The notes beneath the pieces were generated by a model that saw nothing but the letters and a program-made list of their open reading frames with translations, did no database searches and was not told where the DNA came from. Below, in pieces: positions 14,301 to 26,924 of a stretch of 64,000 nt of DNA; the stretch's first letter is position 1, and every line of letters begins with the position of its first letter. The position numbers and the translations under genes were made by a program. Source of the DNA: Phoronis australis (taxonomy: Eukaryota > Animalia > Phoronida); assembly GCA_002633005.1 (NCBI GenBank), contig NMRA01000170.1, positions 565,007-629,006 of the forward strand, in the 5' to 3' direction.

Positions 14301-15899
14301 GACAGCAGACAACTACTGACCATGATAAGCGCACGTGATTGTTCAGTAAATCAGCATGCTGCACGTAAGGTGGTAAGGCATACGTCACTGTAAACGTTTG
14401 ATTTAAGCGTCTGGCCTGTCTTCAGATCATACGTCATATCTGCCTTTTTATAAAAAAAATCTTATCTGAAGTTGGCACAACTTTTTGAAATTCCCCCTAC
14501 TACAAAGGATTCGTGGTAAATGGTAGTATATGTTTCATGGAACTAATTACGGGAAAACGAATTTCCTTGTGGACAAGAGTACGTTATTTAGGCATTCGAT
14601 CACTTCTATTCATTTTAATGACTCTGATATTTTGCGATCCGATTCCTGTTAGTTCAAAATCTCATAAAACGAATTTTGTCAAAACTTATTTTCTAATGAT
14701 ACCCTTTTAAAGTAGACTACAACTTTAAAAATATAATTCACTCTAGAACTTTTAACTGTTTTAAGTTTCTGATAGAAAATAATGAACTCCACTTTTTATG
14801 AACTTGGAAAACTGTTACACGTACAATCCAGTAGTAGACAGTTTTAACATCGACTAGAAATATTTTAGACTTAGTATTGACCCCTCCCCAGTTTCATCCT
14901 TCCCAGCCACGGCTTTCGTGGTTGATGTAAATTTATGAACATTTCTCCTTTAATTACGGAACACGGTTTATCAAATGCCAGCTCTTTATGTGCATGATAG
15001 ATGGTGCGATAAGACTGAGTTGAAATCATTCCCCACTCTCTTTGTTTCAAGCAAAAACTCAAACATCTTGTCTTACCTTTCGGGGTACAAAGTTGCACGG
15101 CGCAGTCTGGAACGGACCCCACTGAAACAAAGATAGCACTTTAACAGCATTAAGAAAGAAAAAGACATTCATATAGAAGGTGTCGCAAAAAACGTATTCG
15201 CACTTCAAATGACAAAATCTACGGTCTCCAAAAATGAGACGTTTGTTTTATGTTTTATTTGAAATTCCCATACATTCAAGCACGTGACGTCTCACGCATC
15301 TGCTTTCGCAGCAAGGTGTAAACGTACTGCAGGCCCGGGTGCAGAGCTTGATCCACGAGAATTTTCAGGCCTTGTATAGAAAAGTATGGGTACATTTTGG
15401 GACACCCTGTATTGCACAAATGCGGAAAATCAAAAGGTTTTTTTTTTGTGTCAAGTTCGACTTCTTTTTAACTTAGGCCACCAAATGTGGTTGGCAAGTT
15501 AGTTAAGACAATTAAGACACAAAGATAATTCCCTTACTTTGTTCAGTAATCTTGACAAAAAGTTGATGAATCTCCGGAAAGACACAATACTAAAAGGTAT
15601 TAAGATGTTATGTCTTAATCTATGGGCCGTAATAACTACCGACTATATCGCAAAAAAATCTTTGAAACCAAATGATTCCCTGTAACACTCGTCCAACCTT
15701 TTTAAAATGTTTGGACAATTGAAAATCCCATACAGAGCGCGAAATATTATTTATAGCTACATGTAACATTCTTTTTCTAACAACACTTGTTTAGTTACAG
15801 AAAGCATACATTAACAAAAATATTTAGGTGCTTTCGAGCTACGTTGAAATTCCTACCTATTTGAACAATCAGCAACAACACAGCAGCCGTGTTCCTCAT
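2644..15899 (-). CDS. Secreted chitin-binding (peritrophin-A/CBM14-type) + LamG protein, Pif/LamG3-like, ~715 aa, 12 exons: 15899-15857, 15121-15077, 14090-13884, 11730-11524, 10055-9777, 9085-8807, 8116-7838, 7079-6873, 6631-6377, 4646-4564, 3950-3765, 2721-2644
   Basis: All introns are GT-AG with matching phases, and the exons sum to 2148 nt in one open frame. Signal peptide MRNTAAVLLLIVQIVGS. Chitin-binding domains YEDPTSCSHFYLC...CPPCQYWNQNLLTC and YPDPRYCSHYYQC...FNPNTLAC. Four reduced-Cys modules with T-rich linkers. LamG motifs LEIPRFNNYDF, FTISVWFK, IVSNGDC, WYQVVLTYDGETMTLYVNG, FSGYMFD-IHIYSCSLTPAEV. Confidence 0.88.
7830..10290 (-). repeat. Tandem triplication of an exon+intron unit (period ~970 bp)
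   Basis: Three near-identical 279-nt exons start at 8116, 9085 and 10055. The introns 8117-8806 and 9086-9776 also align along their length. Confidence 0.95.
10736..11172. mobile_element. MITE family A, full-length copy with ~55-bp terminal inverted repeats
   Basis: The left end gtgcccgattgcatgaaacagtcccaaacagggactcaactaagttccctaa is the near-perfect reverse complement of the right end ttagggaacttagctgagtccctatttgggactgtttcatgcaaccaggcac. No coding capacity; two more copies in the window. Confidence 0.85.
11339..11388. repeat. (TAA)n microsatellite
   Basis: About 16 TAA units. Confidence 0.95.
13079..13131. repeat. Short palindromic element
   Basis: Inverted arms ccaaggagt ... actccttgg around an internal tatagtactata palindrome. 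Confidence 0.55.
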
Positions 15900-15949
15900 G
15901 TTGAAACGATTCGAGCGCTCGATCAGACTGAGGACCCTTTGAAGTCATC

Positions 15950-15960
15950 AATATATATAT
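15950..15960 (-). promoter_or_regulatory. Candidate TATA box of the Pif-like gene
   Basis: TATATATAT ~50 nt upstream of the ATG at 15899. Confidence 0.4.
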
Positions 15961-16484
15961 GTGTGAACTAGAAACTTATTTATGACTCTGGGTCAACTTT
16001 TTGAAAAAAAACTTTGGTTAAATGAGACAAGAACTGGTTCAAAAAGTCGATTAATTAGCTGAGATAGTTTAAGTATATATATTCAGGTTAATGTCCTCTT
16101 TATATGATATGAAAATTGTTTATTTATTACGTTTTTTTCAACTCCACTGAGTAACCGCTTTGACTGACCTGTTCGCTTAGCTCAACCTTGCCATGGCCTA
16201 TTTGTTAAATGGTGATTTCAAACAATTTATATATTATATAAAATGAATCTGTGTCGTTTTTACAATCTAAAACTTTATTTTACGTTAGTCGCTGCATATT
16301 AGACCCACTCACTTCGTCGTTTGTGCAGTCGCACCATTTGTTCTTAGTGACGTCAGTTTACGCAGTTTCCACGAACTTTGTTATAATATGCTATTCATTG
16401 GCTCATTTATTTTAGCTTTTGTTATGACTATTTACAAGTACCATTTTGTGAAATTTGCAACTGAAGCCGGGTTTCCAATAGTAC

Positions 16485-16793
16485 CGCCTCTCGTTCAGTA
16501 ACGCTAGGACCTAGCTAAAAAGCAAGACTTCGAGAGATTACGTGAGATATTGCCGTATATTTTAATTGAGAACACGTGACTGTACCTAGATTTTATCTAG
16601 GTCCTAGGGTAGGTCCTAGCATTACTGAACGCAGGCCTGCCTCCCGTTGAGTAACGCTAGGACCTCGCTAAAAAGCAAGACTTCGGGAGATTACGTGAGA
16701 TATTTCTGTGTATTTTAAATAAGAACACGTGACCTTGACTAGATTTTAGTTAGGTCCTAGCGTAGGTCCTAGCGTCTACTGAACGCACGCCTG
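16485..16793. mobile_element. Two tandem copies of a ~155-bp MITE (family B)
   Basis: Each unit runs cgttcagtaacgctaggacct ... aggtcctagc(gtc/at)tactgaacg, i.e. it has inverted termini. A third copy lies at 29215-29372. Confidence 0.85.
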
Positions 16794-17221
16794 GTCTCGA
16801 GTTGGGGCGCCCAGCGTGAAGTTCCGTGTAGACCAAGTTTCTTGCGAGCACTCAGATCGCGCAAGACCACACGAGTGAAAGGTAACTGTTGTGAGTACGC
16901 TCGAGACTTTAGTAGCGCAACTTAGTAAAATTGTGGCCGTTGGAACGGAGGTTGTATGGAAAGTTGAATTCTGAGAAAGAATTCATGAAGTTATGGGATA
17001 GAATTCATGAATTATGGGATATAATTCATCGTTTCCGTTCAATAAGCGAAGACTTCTCGAGGTAAGAACATGTTAATATCTCGAGTTCTTCGGAAAGCAG
17101 CCCTGGTCTCAAACACTCATGGAAGCCGTGTGTGGGAGTCCTGCATTTTGTAACCTTAGATAAAAAATGTTTGCCAAAAATGATTTTTCGTAAGTTCATC
17201 CACGTCAATAAACAACGGATG

Positions 17222-17465
17222 TGGGACCCGTTCAAACAAAACTGACTTAGCTAAGACAAATCTTAAATTTTAAAATAAAAGTTAAATTTGTCTCAAAACC
17301 AATTCAAAAAAGAGAACAAAAGTTTGACTGAAGTCTCTGACATTAATTTTGTCTTAATTTTGAATAACTTACCGAATGTGGAAGTTTCAAAGTTTCGAAG
17401 TTAAGGCAAATCTTAAACTTAAGTCAAAAAATGAACTTAAGTCAGTTTCTTGGAACAGGCCCCTG
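17222..17465. mobile_element. MITE family C
   Basis: Inverted ends aaaactgactta ... taagtcagttt. A related copy in opposite orientation lies at ~37215-37410. Confidence 0.6.
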
Positions 17466-20400
17466 AACTGTACGCCAGTCTCCAATTTTACACGCCGAAT
17501 TACTAAAAACGCCCTGCCGGCTCCTTTGTTATTTTGTAAGCCAGTTGTTACATCAGTTTTCAAGTGAAATTTTCTGAACTGCTTTGAATAATCAAAATCA
17601 CTTTTTAAATGAAATCTGATAAAATGCAAGTCAAGGGTCTTTAGTTTAGTTTCAAGTTTTACCCCTGAACTCAGCTTTGATCTTTTAGTATAGTAATAAA
17701 AATAATTTGCATTTCACAAAAATGGATTAAAGCGACCGTTTTGATCAATTTTGCGGAAATAGATATAATAGGTTAGGATCTTAACCCATTGTGCCCTGTT
17801 TGGCCCATTACGTCCAAGCTTTTCTTGCTAGGTCCGTGTTCGCTCTTTAAATCGAATTTCTCCCGATACTTTAGTTATGATCTATGAAATCAATTAATCT
17901 TTATGTCACAAAGGTGGGTTAAAAAGACCATTAATTTCATTTCGATGAATTATGTTGAAGTGAGCGTATTAGTTTCAGGGTCCTAACTAAAAAAAGTTTT
18001 CCTAACTCTAAATAAACGAAAGCGATGACAGTTGGCAATGCAGAATGTAAAAAACCACGATCACGACATGCAGTACGACAACTGCAGTGGGAACCGTGAA
18101 GCGGTTGTAATTTCAAATTGATGTGGTGATGGGATATTTTTAGGTGTTATGTTTTAAAAATTCCCAGTATCAGAAGCTCCTTTTTTCTAAGCGACATCTG
18201 ACTTGACTTGGGATCCTCGTTTTCCCCAGTCTCGTTCAATGCTAGTAGAAAAGGGTCGGATACTTTTTTCTTTAAACAGTGAGTTGAGAAAAGACCAGGG
18301 TCCATTATAGTATGCTACCACGAGTTTGCAATAATGCGCCAGGTTGCTTTTTGAAACTTGATTTTGTTATCTTTGAAATGACGACACGGTGATGAGAACT
18401 GTGAATACCGGTTGATTACCATGTAGTAAGTAGTTAACGTTTTGTTCATTTAAAGGAGAATGCCACCCGACTTAATTAGTTTTTGTTACTGTCATAATCG
18501 GTCCATATCCACATCCCCTCGTATACAGTCGATCTCACCTCGCCGAAAGGTGTCGCTTTAACCGGTGAGGAAGGTGAGTACACCACGCAGCGACGTCAGT
18601 GGTTCTTCAGATGAGTGTCTGCCGACCGCTATGGTGTTACTGCTTGTGCAGATCATGAAGGAAGCTGTGAGGAAAGCGGGAATATCGTTTTTTTTCAATT
18701 CCTCGAGAACCCAAAATGCTTCGGAAGTGGTTCCCGGCAGGAAAAAAACGAAAAGTACGCCGTTATGGGGTCGTGAAATATCTCAGTGTCTGTGGTCGCA
18801 ATTGTTCTGTTTCAAAATGAATTATTCTCACCCTAACCATTGTTTATAACTGAAACAAAGTGTCGAATTCTGTCTCAGTAGGAGGCATTAGGGTTGTTCG
18901 TGAGTGCAAATGTTTTGAGAAATCAACAATGAATAAATCATACTGCGTTATCGGCTTCAGATGCAAAAAAAACTTAATTAACCACCATGTGAGCGCATGC
19001 TAATTCAGAGTTTGCTGATAGAAAGCTGTTGTGAAACTATAACTCGATTTGATATGATATGGTCTGATGTTAAGGGAACCTTTATTTAGGTGTATGTACA
19101 TTAATCAAATCATTGTTATTGTTCACCTTTTCCCTGTACGGTTCTGTAGAAGGGGAATCTAGCTTTGGGGCCTTCGCCAAATAAGTAAATTTACAATTTC
19201 GCGACGAATTCACCAAAAAAGTGTCATCATTAATTTGGTTTGCTATTTTAGTATTTTCGTTTTCAACTTTCGCAGCCGACTAACCCGACTGGTTCATATG
19301 TTCGTTTTTTTGTCTCCAGTCCCGCTGCGACGGCCCTCCGGGGTTCCGAGTCACTGGGTTATAATGATCGTTTTGTGTTTAAAACTGAAAAAAAATCGCA
19401 ACTAAAATTAAAACACATGGCTACGCTCTCCTGTCTGTATTTTACGGAAGAACAATTCTAATTTATCTCCGAACAGACTCCAAACTTTCAGTGACCGACC
19501 TCGGTAAGTTGTTCTACCGTATTTTGTAGGCTACGGTACGTTCAAATTTTCTATAATAAAGCAACTCACTTGTTTAAAAACTCAATGTATTTGTAAGAGT
19601 TTTACATCAATTTTTGATGATTTTTTGGTGTAAAACGACGAATTTAAGCGATAAGCTTACACCAGCAAGCGCGAACTGCTGAGCAGACTGTGTTAGAATC
19701 TGTGACATCACTGGTTAATTTCAGCATCTCCGTCTGCCGTCTGGTGTCAGGTAAATAAACTGGACTTGTTTTTATCGAGTGGTGGCATTTTCCTTTAATG
19801 TCACAGACGGATTTCAGTATGATGCAGATGCTCGAGGTTACTATCATTTCAAAAGAGAGCGACAGCTGTTTTTTTAGTAAACGTAGATTGCTGTTGCTGA
19901 ACTGCATAATACACCTCAGTTGTACCAGCTAAGCAGACAGTAGAGTTTTCACGACTTATGAAACTTGGCGAAACTATATTTTGCATGACGATTAGAAAAC
20001 GCAGAAACGCTGGTCAGGTTGTTAGTATGTCATAAACTAATTAAACGTCATTTACTAGCCTAGAATAGCCAACTTGTGCCCAAAACGGTCATTTTAAAGA
20101 AAGCAAAAAGGAAAATGTAATGAAAAACATTTCGGAGAACGCTTTCGAAACTTCTTGTTCACGGAAAAACGCACACGAACGCTCTCTGGAGATGATCACC
20201 GGTACTAACATATTTTTGACATAAACTCAAGTTTCTTTACGGAAACTAAAAGTCAATTTACCGGATAAAGCTGGTCTCAACTTGTTCCTCACTCAAAGTG
20301 GTTAAGACCATGATCAAGGTTTGAAACGACCCGCCGTGACAAGTCAAGTCGTCTAGCATTGTCTTAAGCAATGACAAACTGACAATTAACTACAGGACAA

Positions 20401-20733
20401 GTTTCTGAACTATCAGCAGTTATGAAATAAAACAACTCGTAAGCCGAAAATTGAATGTATCCATTAGAATTTCGCATCCATGTTGTGTGTTACCGGCACC
20501 ACTACAAAGTTCCGCTACCCTGGTACCCAACAATAAAACTAAAGCAACAGGATACGATAGAAACTGTTTGTTAGCCATCTTATAACAGCGGTCTTCGCAA
20601 CACAAGTCATGCTTATCATAATTTTTGTCAATATTTGAAGTAAGTCAAACTGAGCACTTGCTGATCAGGACACGGTTCCTCTGAATAAAAGCAGCCTAAA
20701 ACGCACAAGTACACGCGCACGAGCTCACGCGCG

Positions 20734-20735
<2 letters not shown>

Positions 20736-20776
<41 letters not shown>
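20736..20776. repeat. (CA)n microsatellite just upstream of the LDLa gene
   Basis: About 20 CA units. Confidence 0.95.
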
Positions 20777-20778
<2 letters not shown>

Positions 20779-20919
20779 CAGAGTGAGAGAAGATGTTCAC
20801 ACCGCACAGGTGAGAAAATCTTCAGTTCTGAACGCGCAATAAACATTAGCAAGCAATAAATACAATATACTCTGGCTCTACGGTTCATTTGACAGCTCAG
20901 AACGGTGAACAAAGAGAAC

Positions 20920-23900
20920 ATGGCGAGTGCAGTTGTGGAAATAAGTGTAAGCTTATTAATTTATTAATATTACAGTTCGTAAGCAAAGTTGAGGTATTTG
21001 GTAGTGTTTGTTTTTGCCTGTTATTTATCAATCTCGCGGACGCAGTTTTAAAGCTACGCATCTGTTTCATGAAAGGTAACTAACTTTTCGACACAGATTG
21101 AATTTATCGTAGACTCTTTAAAGTTTTCAATATTTTGTATCTGTATTTTGGCCCTTGTCATCTACAAATCTGCAAAAATGTCGAGGTCACCAAATTGTCT
21201 GAGACTGTCGAAAGCCAAAGGTACCCCTGGGAAAAATACAAAGTCTATATGTGTTATTGAAAAGCCACCTCAAATAGAATTAATAATTGAAATCCTTTTG
21301 AAAGCAGGTTAATTTCGTTGTAAGCTGTCAGATTTCTGTTTTAGTGACTTGAACTTCATAGTATTTCCCGGTTTACAGATTTTACATGTCGGCGAAATTA
21401 ATCGTTTTTCGGATTTTGAGTACCTAAGATTTCAGCTTTTTGGCTTCTACATAAAATATTTCGCTGTTACGTTTTTCTTTTGTGTCTTTATTGATGCCCA
21501 TCCTGTTTCCTAAGAACTGAAAAAAGAAATAATGGTGTGACCGATGTAACCGACTTTTTTCAGCTATTTTAGCTCAAAATGAGTCTCATAAGAACACGTA
21601 ATGTGATCTCAAAAGCGCGCCAATTTCAAGATCGCAATTTCCCCGCTGTATTTGATGGTTATTATGTTATGTTGCGATGATTATAAAATAAGTTACGTTC
21701 ATGTGAATACAATCGAAGACAGGAAGTTTCTTTTTTTAAAAGTTCGAAATTGCGGTTTGAATTGCCACACTTTGGTTTGCCTATTGCAGCAAAAAGTCAT
21801 TTTGAAAGTTGATGTCACGTATTATACCACAATATTAGCCTCGAATTGGCAGACACAACCGTGTAATAACCCATAAAGTTATCTCACTAGTGAGATAACA
21901 TTTTGGTGGGAAACCGAGGCCGGATTCGAACCCGGGCGTCAGGAGTTTCAAGTCGCCGACTTTACCACTACACCACTCGAACGTGAAAATAGAATACTTA
22001 AATGACCACGGGCAACAATCGCATGTTCAGCAAATGGCCTTGCACCGACATTTATACGCTATAAAAAATAAGACGCATAATTTCCATAAAAACGATATTT
22101 TAATTCAGTGAAATTTTTCTCTCGTGTTCTCTCACTTGTAAATTACCGATCTCCAATTTGAATGCGGGTATCGTGTAGTCGGGATCCTTTGACTTGAGCA
22201 TTATAGTCAGTTACTAGTTGTAACCTACTTTAGCAGACGATATTTTCCCAGTCGAAGCTTGGCGTGATAAAATGTGTAGTAAGCTATAATAGTTGCTAAA
22301 CCTTAGTTTATACATTCATTTCATTTCTATTTTGTTTAAATTCCAATTGGTTTTGAGTATAAGCATTATTTGACAAAAATAGCTCGGCTTTTCTTAAAAG
22401 GTCACGACTTCTCTCGGGCTATAATTCTCCAAAATCCACTCGGGCTCTAGATAACGGGGGATAACGACTTCGCCATGTAATAATCTATATTTATTAAACG
22501 TCAAATCAACGTTCAATTTAAATGAGCTGTTATTTGAAATAAGACATCATAATCAAATGTGTTATAAGATAACCAATCTCGTAAAACAACGACTGCTTTA
22601 GGGTTTTTTTTTGGCAAAATGTGTCGCACTCCCTTTTGTCGAAAAAAATTGTCTTTCCCCCCGCACAACTATTTCCAAGAAATATTTAACCTGGTTTCAG
22701 GAATGAGGAAAATCTCTGCTAATGTATTCTTAATAGTTCGTTAATGAGATGAGAGCACTTCTATAAATCATTATTGGTCTAAGGTATACTTCATGACCTA
22801 CTGGAACAGCTAGACAAGCACACATAGCGCAAAGGAGCGTTCCGCATGTCAATCAAGCAAATAATTCCAGCGAATCATGTCAGGGGTACATGACCCAACG
22901 AGAGACAAAGTCCGCTATCCGATTATTCCTGCAAACATTGGTTGCGAATGAAAGCGTGTTACGTTACACTTGGGGCTCTTGCAATGCAAGTCAATGATTT
23001 ACAAAGTGCAATAGCGAAAAAGTGCTCGTCACAGATGAACTATCACGTGACAGACTTCACGATAAGGTGGTACGAACTGTCAATTATCGAGTATCTATTG
23101 ATAAACAAACACAATGTGAAACGGGAAACTTACATTCAAATGACGTTTCATAAATTAATGGATTATTTTTTCATTTTCTTTAATAGTGTTTGATGTGAAT
23201 TAACAATTGAACGCAGAACCATGGCTGTGGATGATTTACGGAAATGTCAATCAATCAAGACACTTTACGGAAATGTCAATCAATCAAGATAATATTGACA
23301 CTAGTGCAGGCACTCCCATAGCAAGCGCCACCTTGTGACTTCTTGGAAAACTGTGTGTACAAGCATAATCAGAAAAAGAAACAATTCGTAAATAAATTGC
23401 GGTTTTAAGGGAAACACCAAAATTGTTACACCTAAAAACAAGTGTGAACATATAGAAAACCCTGCTAGTAATTCCAAATATGACGCAATTTTTCTTTGAT
23501 AGTGAAATGAACAAATAATAGAAACAGTGCCTTGCTTTTTTTTGGGGGGGTAACGATGACATATTACCATCAGAAATCGTTAACGTCTTTGTTACCATAT
23601 TCCATATTCATTTACATAAAAATAGCCTCGCAAAACGGTACTTTCGCGAGATTGTGATGGTAAATGGTTCTCGGATGGTTTCCGGAACACCGTAAGATCC
23701 GGGGTTGTTTGTAGACTAGTACTTCATTTGCATATTTACAATTTAATGTGACATAGCATATTCAAATAAAATGTATACACGAACAGTCCAACATGGCCGC
23801 CGAGCAGGCGAGTTTTTACTGATTGAAGTTAAAAGTACGCATCAAATCGGTAGTTTCAGGTATCCATGCTTAACTTAATGTTGAAAGCACAACCTTTAAT

Positions 23901-26900
23901 TACAAATGGAACCATGTGATGTAGGCAGCATTTCTCAAATTCCGCAGCTCACACACCGATGAAGCCTGCCACTGCTGACTTTGTGCATGCTCAAAATAAC
24001 AGAATCTTCATTCAGTGATGGCGAAACCTGTTACTCTAAAGGAGAATTTTTTCGCCATTTGACAAGTTGAATTGTGACTCCATTTCCATGTTTGCTGCAA
24101 CCAGTGGGAGGACAATTTTCGAGTACTGGCACGACTGCCGTCAGCTCTCCCCACCACCGGAAACTCAGTGGTTAGAAAGGCCGAGTATCAACAAATCCAG
24201 CATATTTTTGCTCCTCTCAGATGGATTTTCTTTTTGAAAAAGTGAGCAACTAAAAATCAGTAACGCACCACCCACTCGATCTTCCATAAAAGCACAGACC
24301 AGAACCAGTATTGCATTTTTGGCCCAATCAGTCTACTAAAGGCTACAGCAGCAGAAGATATGCTGTTCGGCAAGTGTGCTGTTCTCTTGCGCCGTGAAAA
24401 TATGTTCAGGATCTCATGACTATTGCCTATATCAAACAGTTAACTCGGGCATGCTCAAAGGCGTCCACAACATATGGCGTTGCAGTACCTTAGGGCTATT
24501 CACCACATAAGGGTGGTGCGAAGGAACGTTTGTAGGACTTCAACGGCGCAACGGTAACTATGGCAGGAGTGGCCTAAATGTGTTTATCAATATGTACACG
24601 ATCACAAATCGTAGCCTCGAGTCTTTTCGACATGTGAGAATTCCTTACAAACAACTCCTAATAACCATCTTCAATAATATTCTTGTGATACTATGGGGAA
24701 AAGTAACATTATCTTATAACTAACCATCGGAAATAGTCTTTTATGTAATTCACAAATAGCGGTCTTCACGTTCTTCAAATTTCCACCTTTTCGACGGCGG
24801 TCAGTCCTATTGTATTTTCACATTTTTTATTGTTTTGGTGGAATGTCTTAATACTGATGTACTTTGCACGAATGTTTTGTGTTTTTTATGAATTTGGAAT
24901 CTCACTTTCCCCTCGTGAATACTTAGCAGTGTCGGATTTACATGTAAAGAGGGACAAAGGCATATTCCCCCGAACTGCCCACCGAGAGAGGCTCCCGTCT
25001 GAAATGGGACACCTTAAGTATGAAAAGCTAAACATCATTAAGCTTGGACAAGAGTGACAGTTCATTCCACCGTCGTGTGGTCACACGACGGTGTAGGAAG
25101 TGACCCTCCTCAACATGAAAGCCGGTTGCACGATTTCACACAAACAGGAAAATAGAGGTAATCGATTCCAACATTGGGCCCTCTCTCCGTGAGCAGCCCC
25201 TTAAGAATTTGTCAGTAAAAACACGAAAAGGGTGGCCACTTGAATGTCATCAATGGCGCCCTTCAAGGGCTGGACCCCTGAATTGAAAAGATTTATATTT
25301 TCAAAAATCAGGAAATGAGCAACAATTGATGTTATCTGCCAAGTCATCAATTCTTCTCAAGTGATACAATTTCTAGAAAAAAAATAAAACGACAGTTGTC
25401 TCCGTTATCCCTTGCCAGAGAGAGACCCCTGGAAAAATATTTAGTTTTGCATTCGCAAAATTGTCTTTAAAAATCCATTAAATTAATAGGCTCCGCAAAA
25501 GCTTCGCCTTACAAATTTTCTCGATTTTTCGAAATATATGTATGAATGATTAAGTCCAGGTTTTCAAGCGTGTTTAGACGACCTGTGCTGCAAACACGAA
25601 GACCCTAACAACAATATCCTGACCAGAGTCCTCATAAGGTAAACCATGCACTGATACTGAGTTGTTAAATGTTCTCTTGAATTTGCTCTCTTATCCGTAT
25701 TTCGCAGTCTTTCTTTTCTCGACTGTTCCCGGCCCCAAACCTATGTTGGTTGCCACAGTTTAACCCTGACGCCTGCAAATTTTCTGGGGAAGGCACGTGN
25801 CCCCCCCACCGCCCCCCTCTTCCTAAGGCTCTGAATGAAGGTTTTAATTGTTGATTTGCAGCCAGCAGTAGTTGATGGTTTGGACAACGGCCTCCATAAA
25901 TCTGACGGAACGTCTCCTAGTACAATAACGGCAAATGGAACCACTTCCGAGGGAAGATCAAAACGCACTATTGGTGCGTTGATTACGTTGATCGCAATAC
26001 TGGTGCCGTTTCTCATCGTGGGAACAATTTTCAGCTCATCAGAGAAACACTACGGTATGTTGACTTTAAGTGACATGGTGAGCTGCAAAGAAACAAAACT
26101 TGGTGCAGCTAAATGAACTGTAAGATCTTGTGCTCCACTTATGTCGCGATTCAAAGCATAAAACTCTAGGGTAAAGTTCTATGTTCATAGTAAACATGGT
26201 TCAGTCTTTCGATGATTTTCTATCTAACAATTGCCGATTTAACTTTTCAGAGCAAGTAACCCGAGATGTACTCGACAACCGCCTGGATCACGTGACCACA
26301 ACTTCACCCAACCATGTTCAGATAGATCAAGAGCGAGAGTCAGCAAATGGGGAGAGCACCACTGACGGAAGAGTCGATGAAATAGGATGTATGGACGGGG
26401 GCAACAGGAGTTACTGTCTTGGTTGTAACCTGGGATGTTGGCAGTGTCCCAACACAGCGATGTGCATTTGCAAGGAGAAGCTCTGTGACATAGACTACGA
26501 CTGTCCTGATGGAAGTGACGAAGAGTCCATTTGTTCAGCTTCACAGTCAGAGTGTCCCTTAGGAGAAAATATGTTTAAGTGCGCTGACGGCAGTTGTATT
26601 TCGACCTCAATCGTTTGCAATGGGGAGCCAGACTGTCCCGACTCTAGTGACGAAAGAAACTGCTCTAACACATCCTGCGGAAATGGAACATTTCGCTGTG
26701 ATTACGGCGCCTGTGTTGACTCCAACTACGAATGTGACCAAATATCTGACTGTTTTGACAACAGCGACGAGATGAATTGTTCTACCCCGGTTCCCCCTTG
26801 CAAGTACTTTGAGATCTCTTGTGCCACTACTAAAACCTGTATATTTATGTTTCATCGTTGTAATGGTTTCGTAAACTGCTTCGACGGCAGTGACGAGCTA

Positions 26901-26924
26901 AACTGTACATCGTCTTCAACTTAA
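20920..26924 (+). CDS. Type II transmembrane protein with four LDL-receptor class A repeats (LDLRAD1-like architecture), ~297 aa; exons 20920-20946, 25862-26054, 26251-26924
   Basis: Exon 3 holds four LDLa repeats (CDIDYDCPDGSDE, CNGEPDCPDSSDE, CDQISDCFDNSDE, CNGFVNCFDGSDE). Exon 2 has basic residues followed by a hydrophobic helix (RSKR-TIGALITLIAILVPFLIVGTIF) and joins exon 3 in phase 1 (G|GTATGT...ttcAG|AG). Exon 1 (MASAVVEIS|GTAAGC, phase 0) is in frame but less certain. Confidence 0.8.
21820..22495 (-). mobile_element. Family D non-autonomous repeat carrying a tRNA-like segment (21907-21980)
   Basis: The minus strand reads GAGTGGTGTAGTGGTAAAG...GGGTTCGAATCCGG (Pol III A and B boxes). 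About 500 bp align with 31170-31760 and 32030-32660. Confidence 0.75.

Noticed and set aside
21907-21980. Functional tRNA gene
   Set aside because: A and B boxes are present, but the acceptor stem does not pair convincingly and the segment is embedded in a multi-copy, diverged repeat.
23750-24520. Coding-like, more GC-balanced stretch in LDLa intron 1
   Set aside because: No long ORF or recognisable motif. It may be a decayed transposon, but I cannot support that without a search.
25800-25800. Single N beside a poly-C run
   Set aside because: A sequencing or assembly ambiguity in an intron, not biological.
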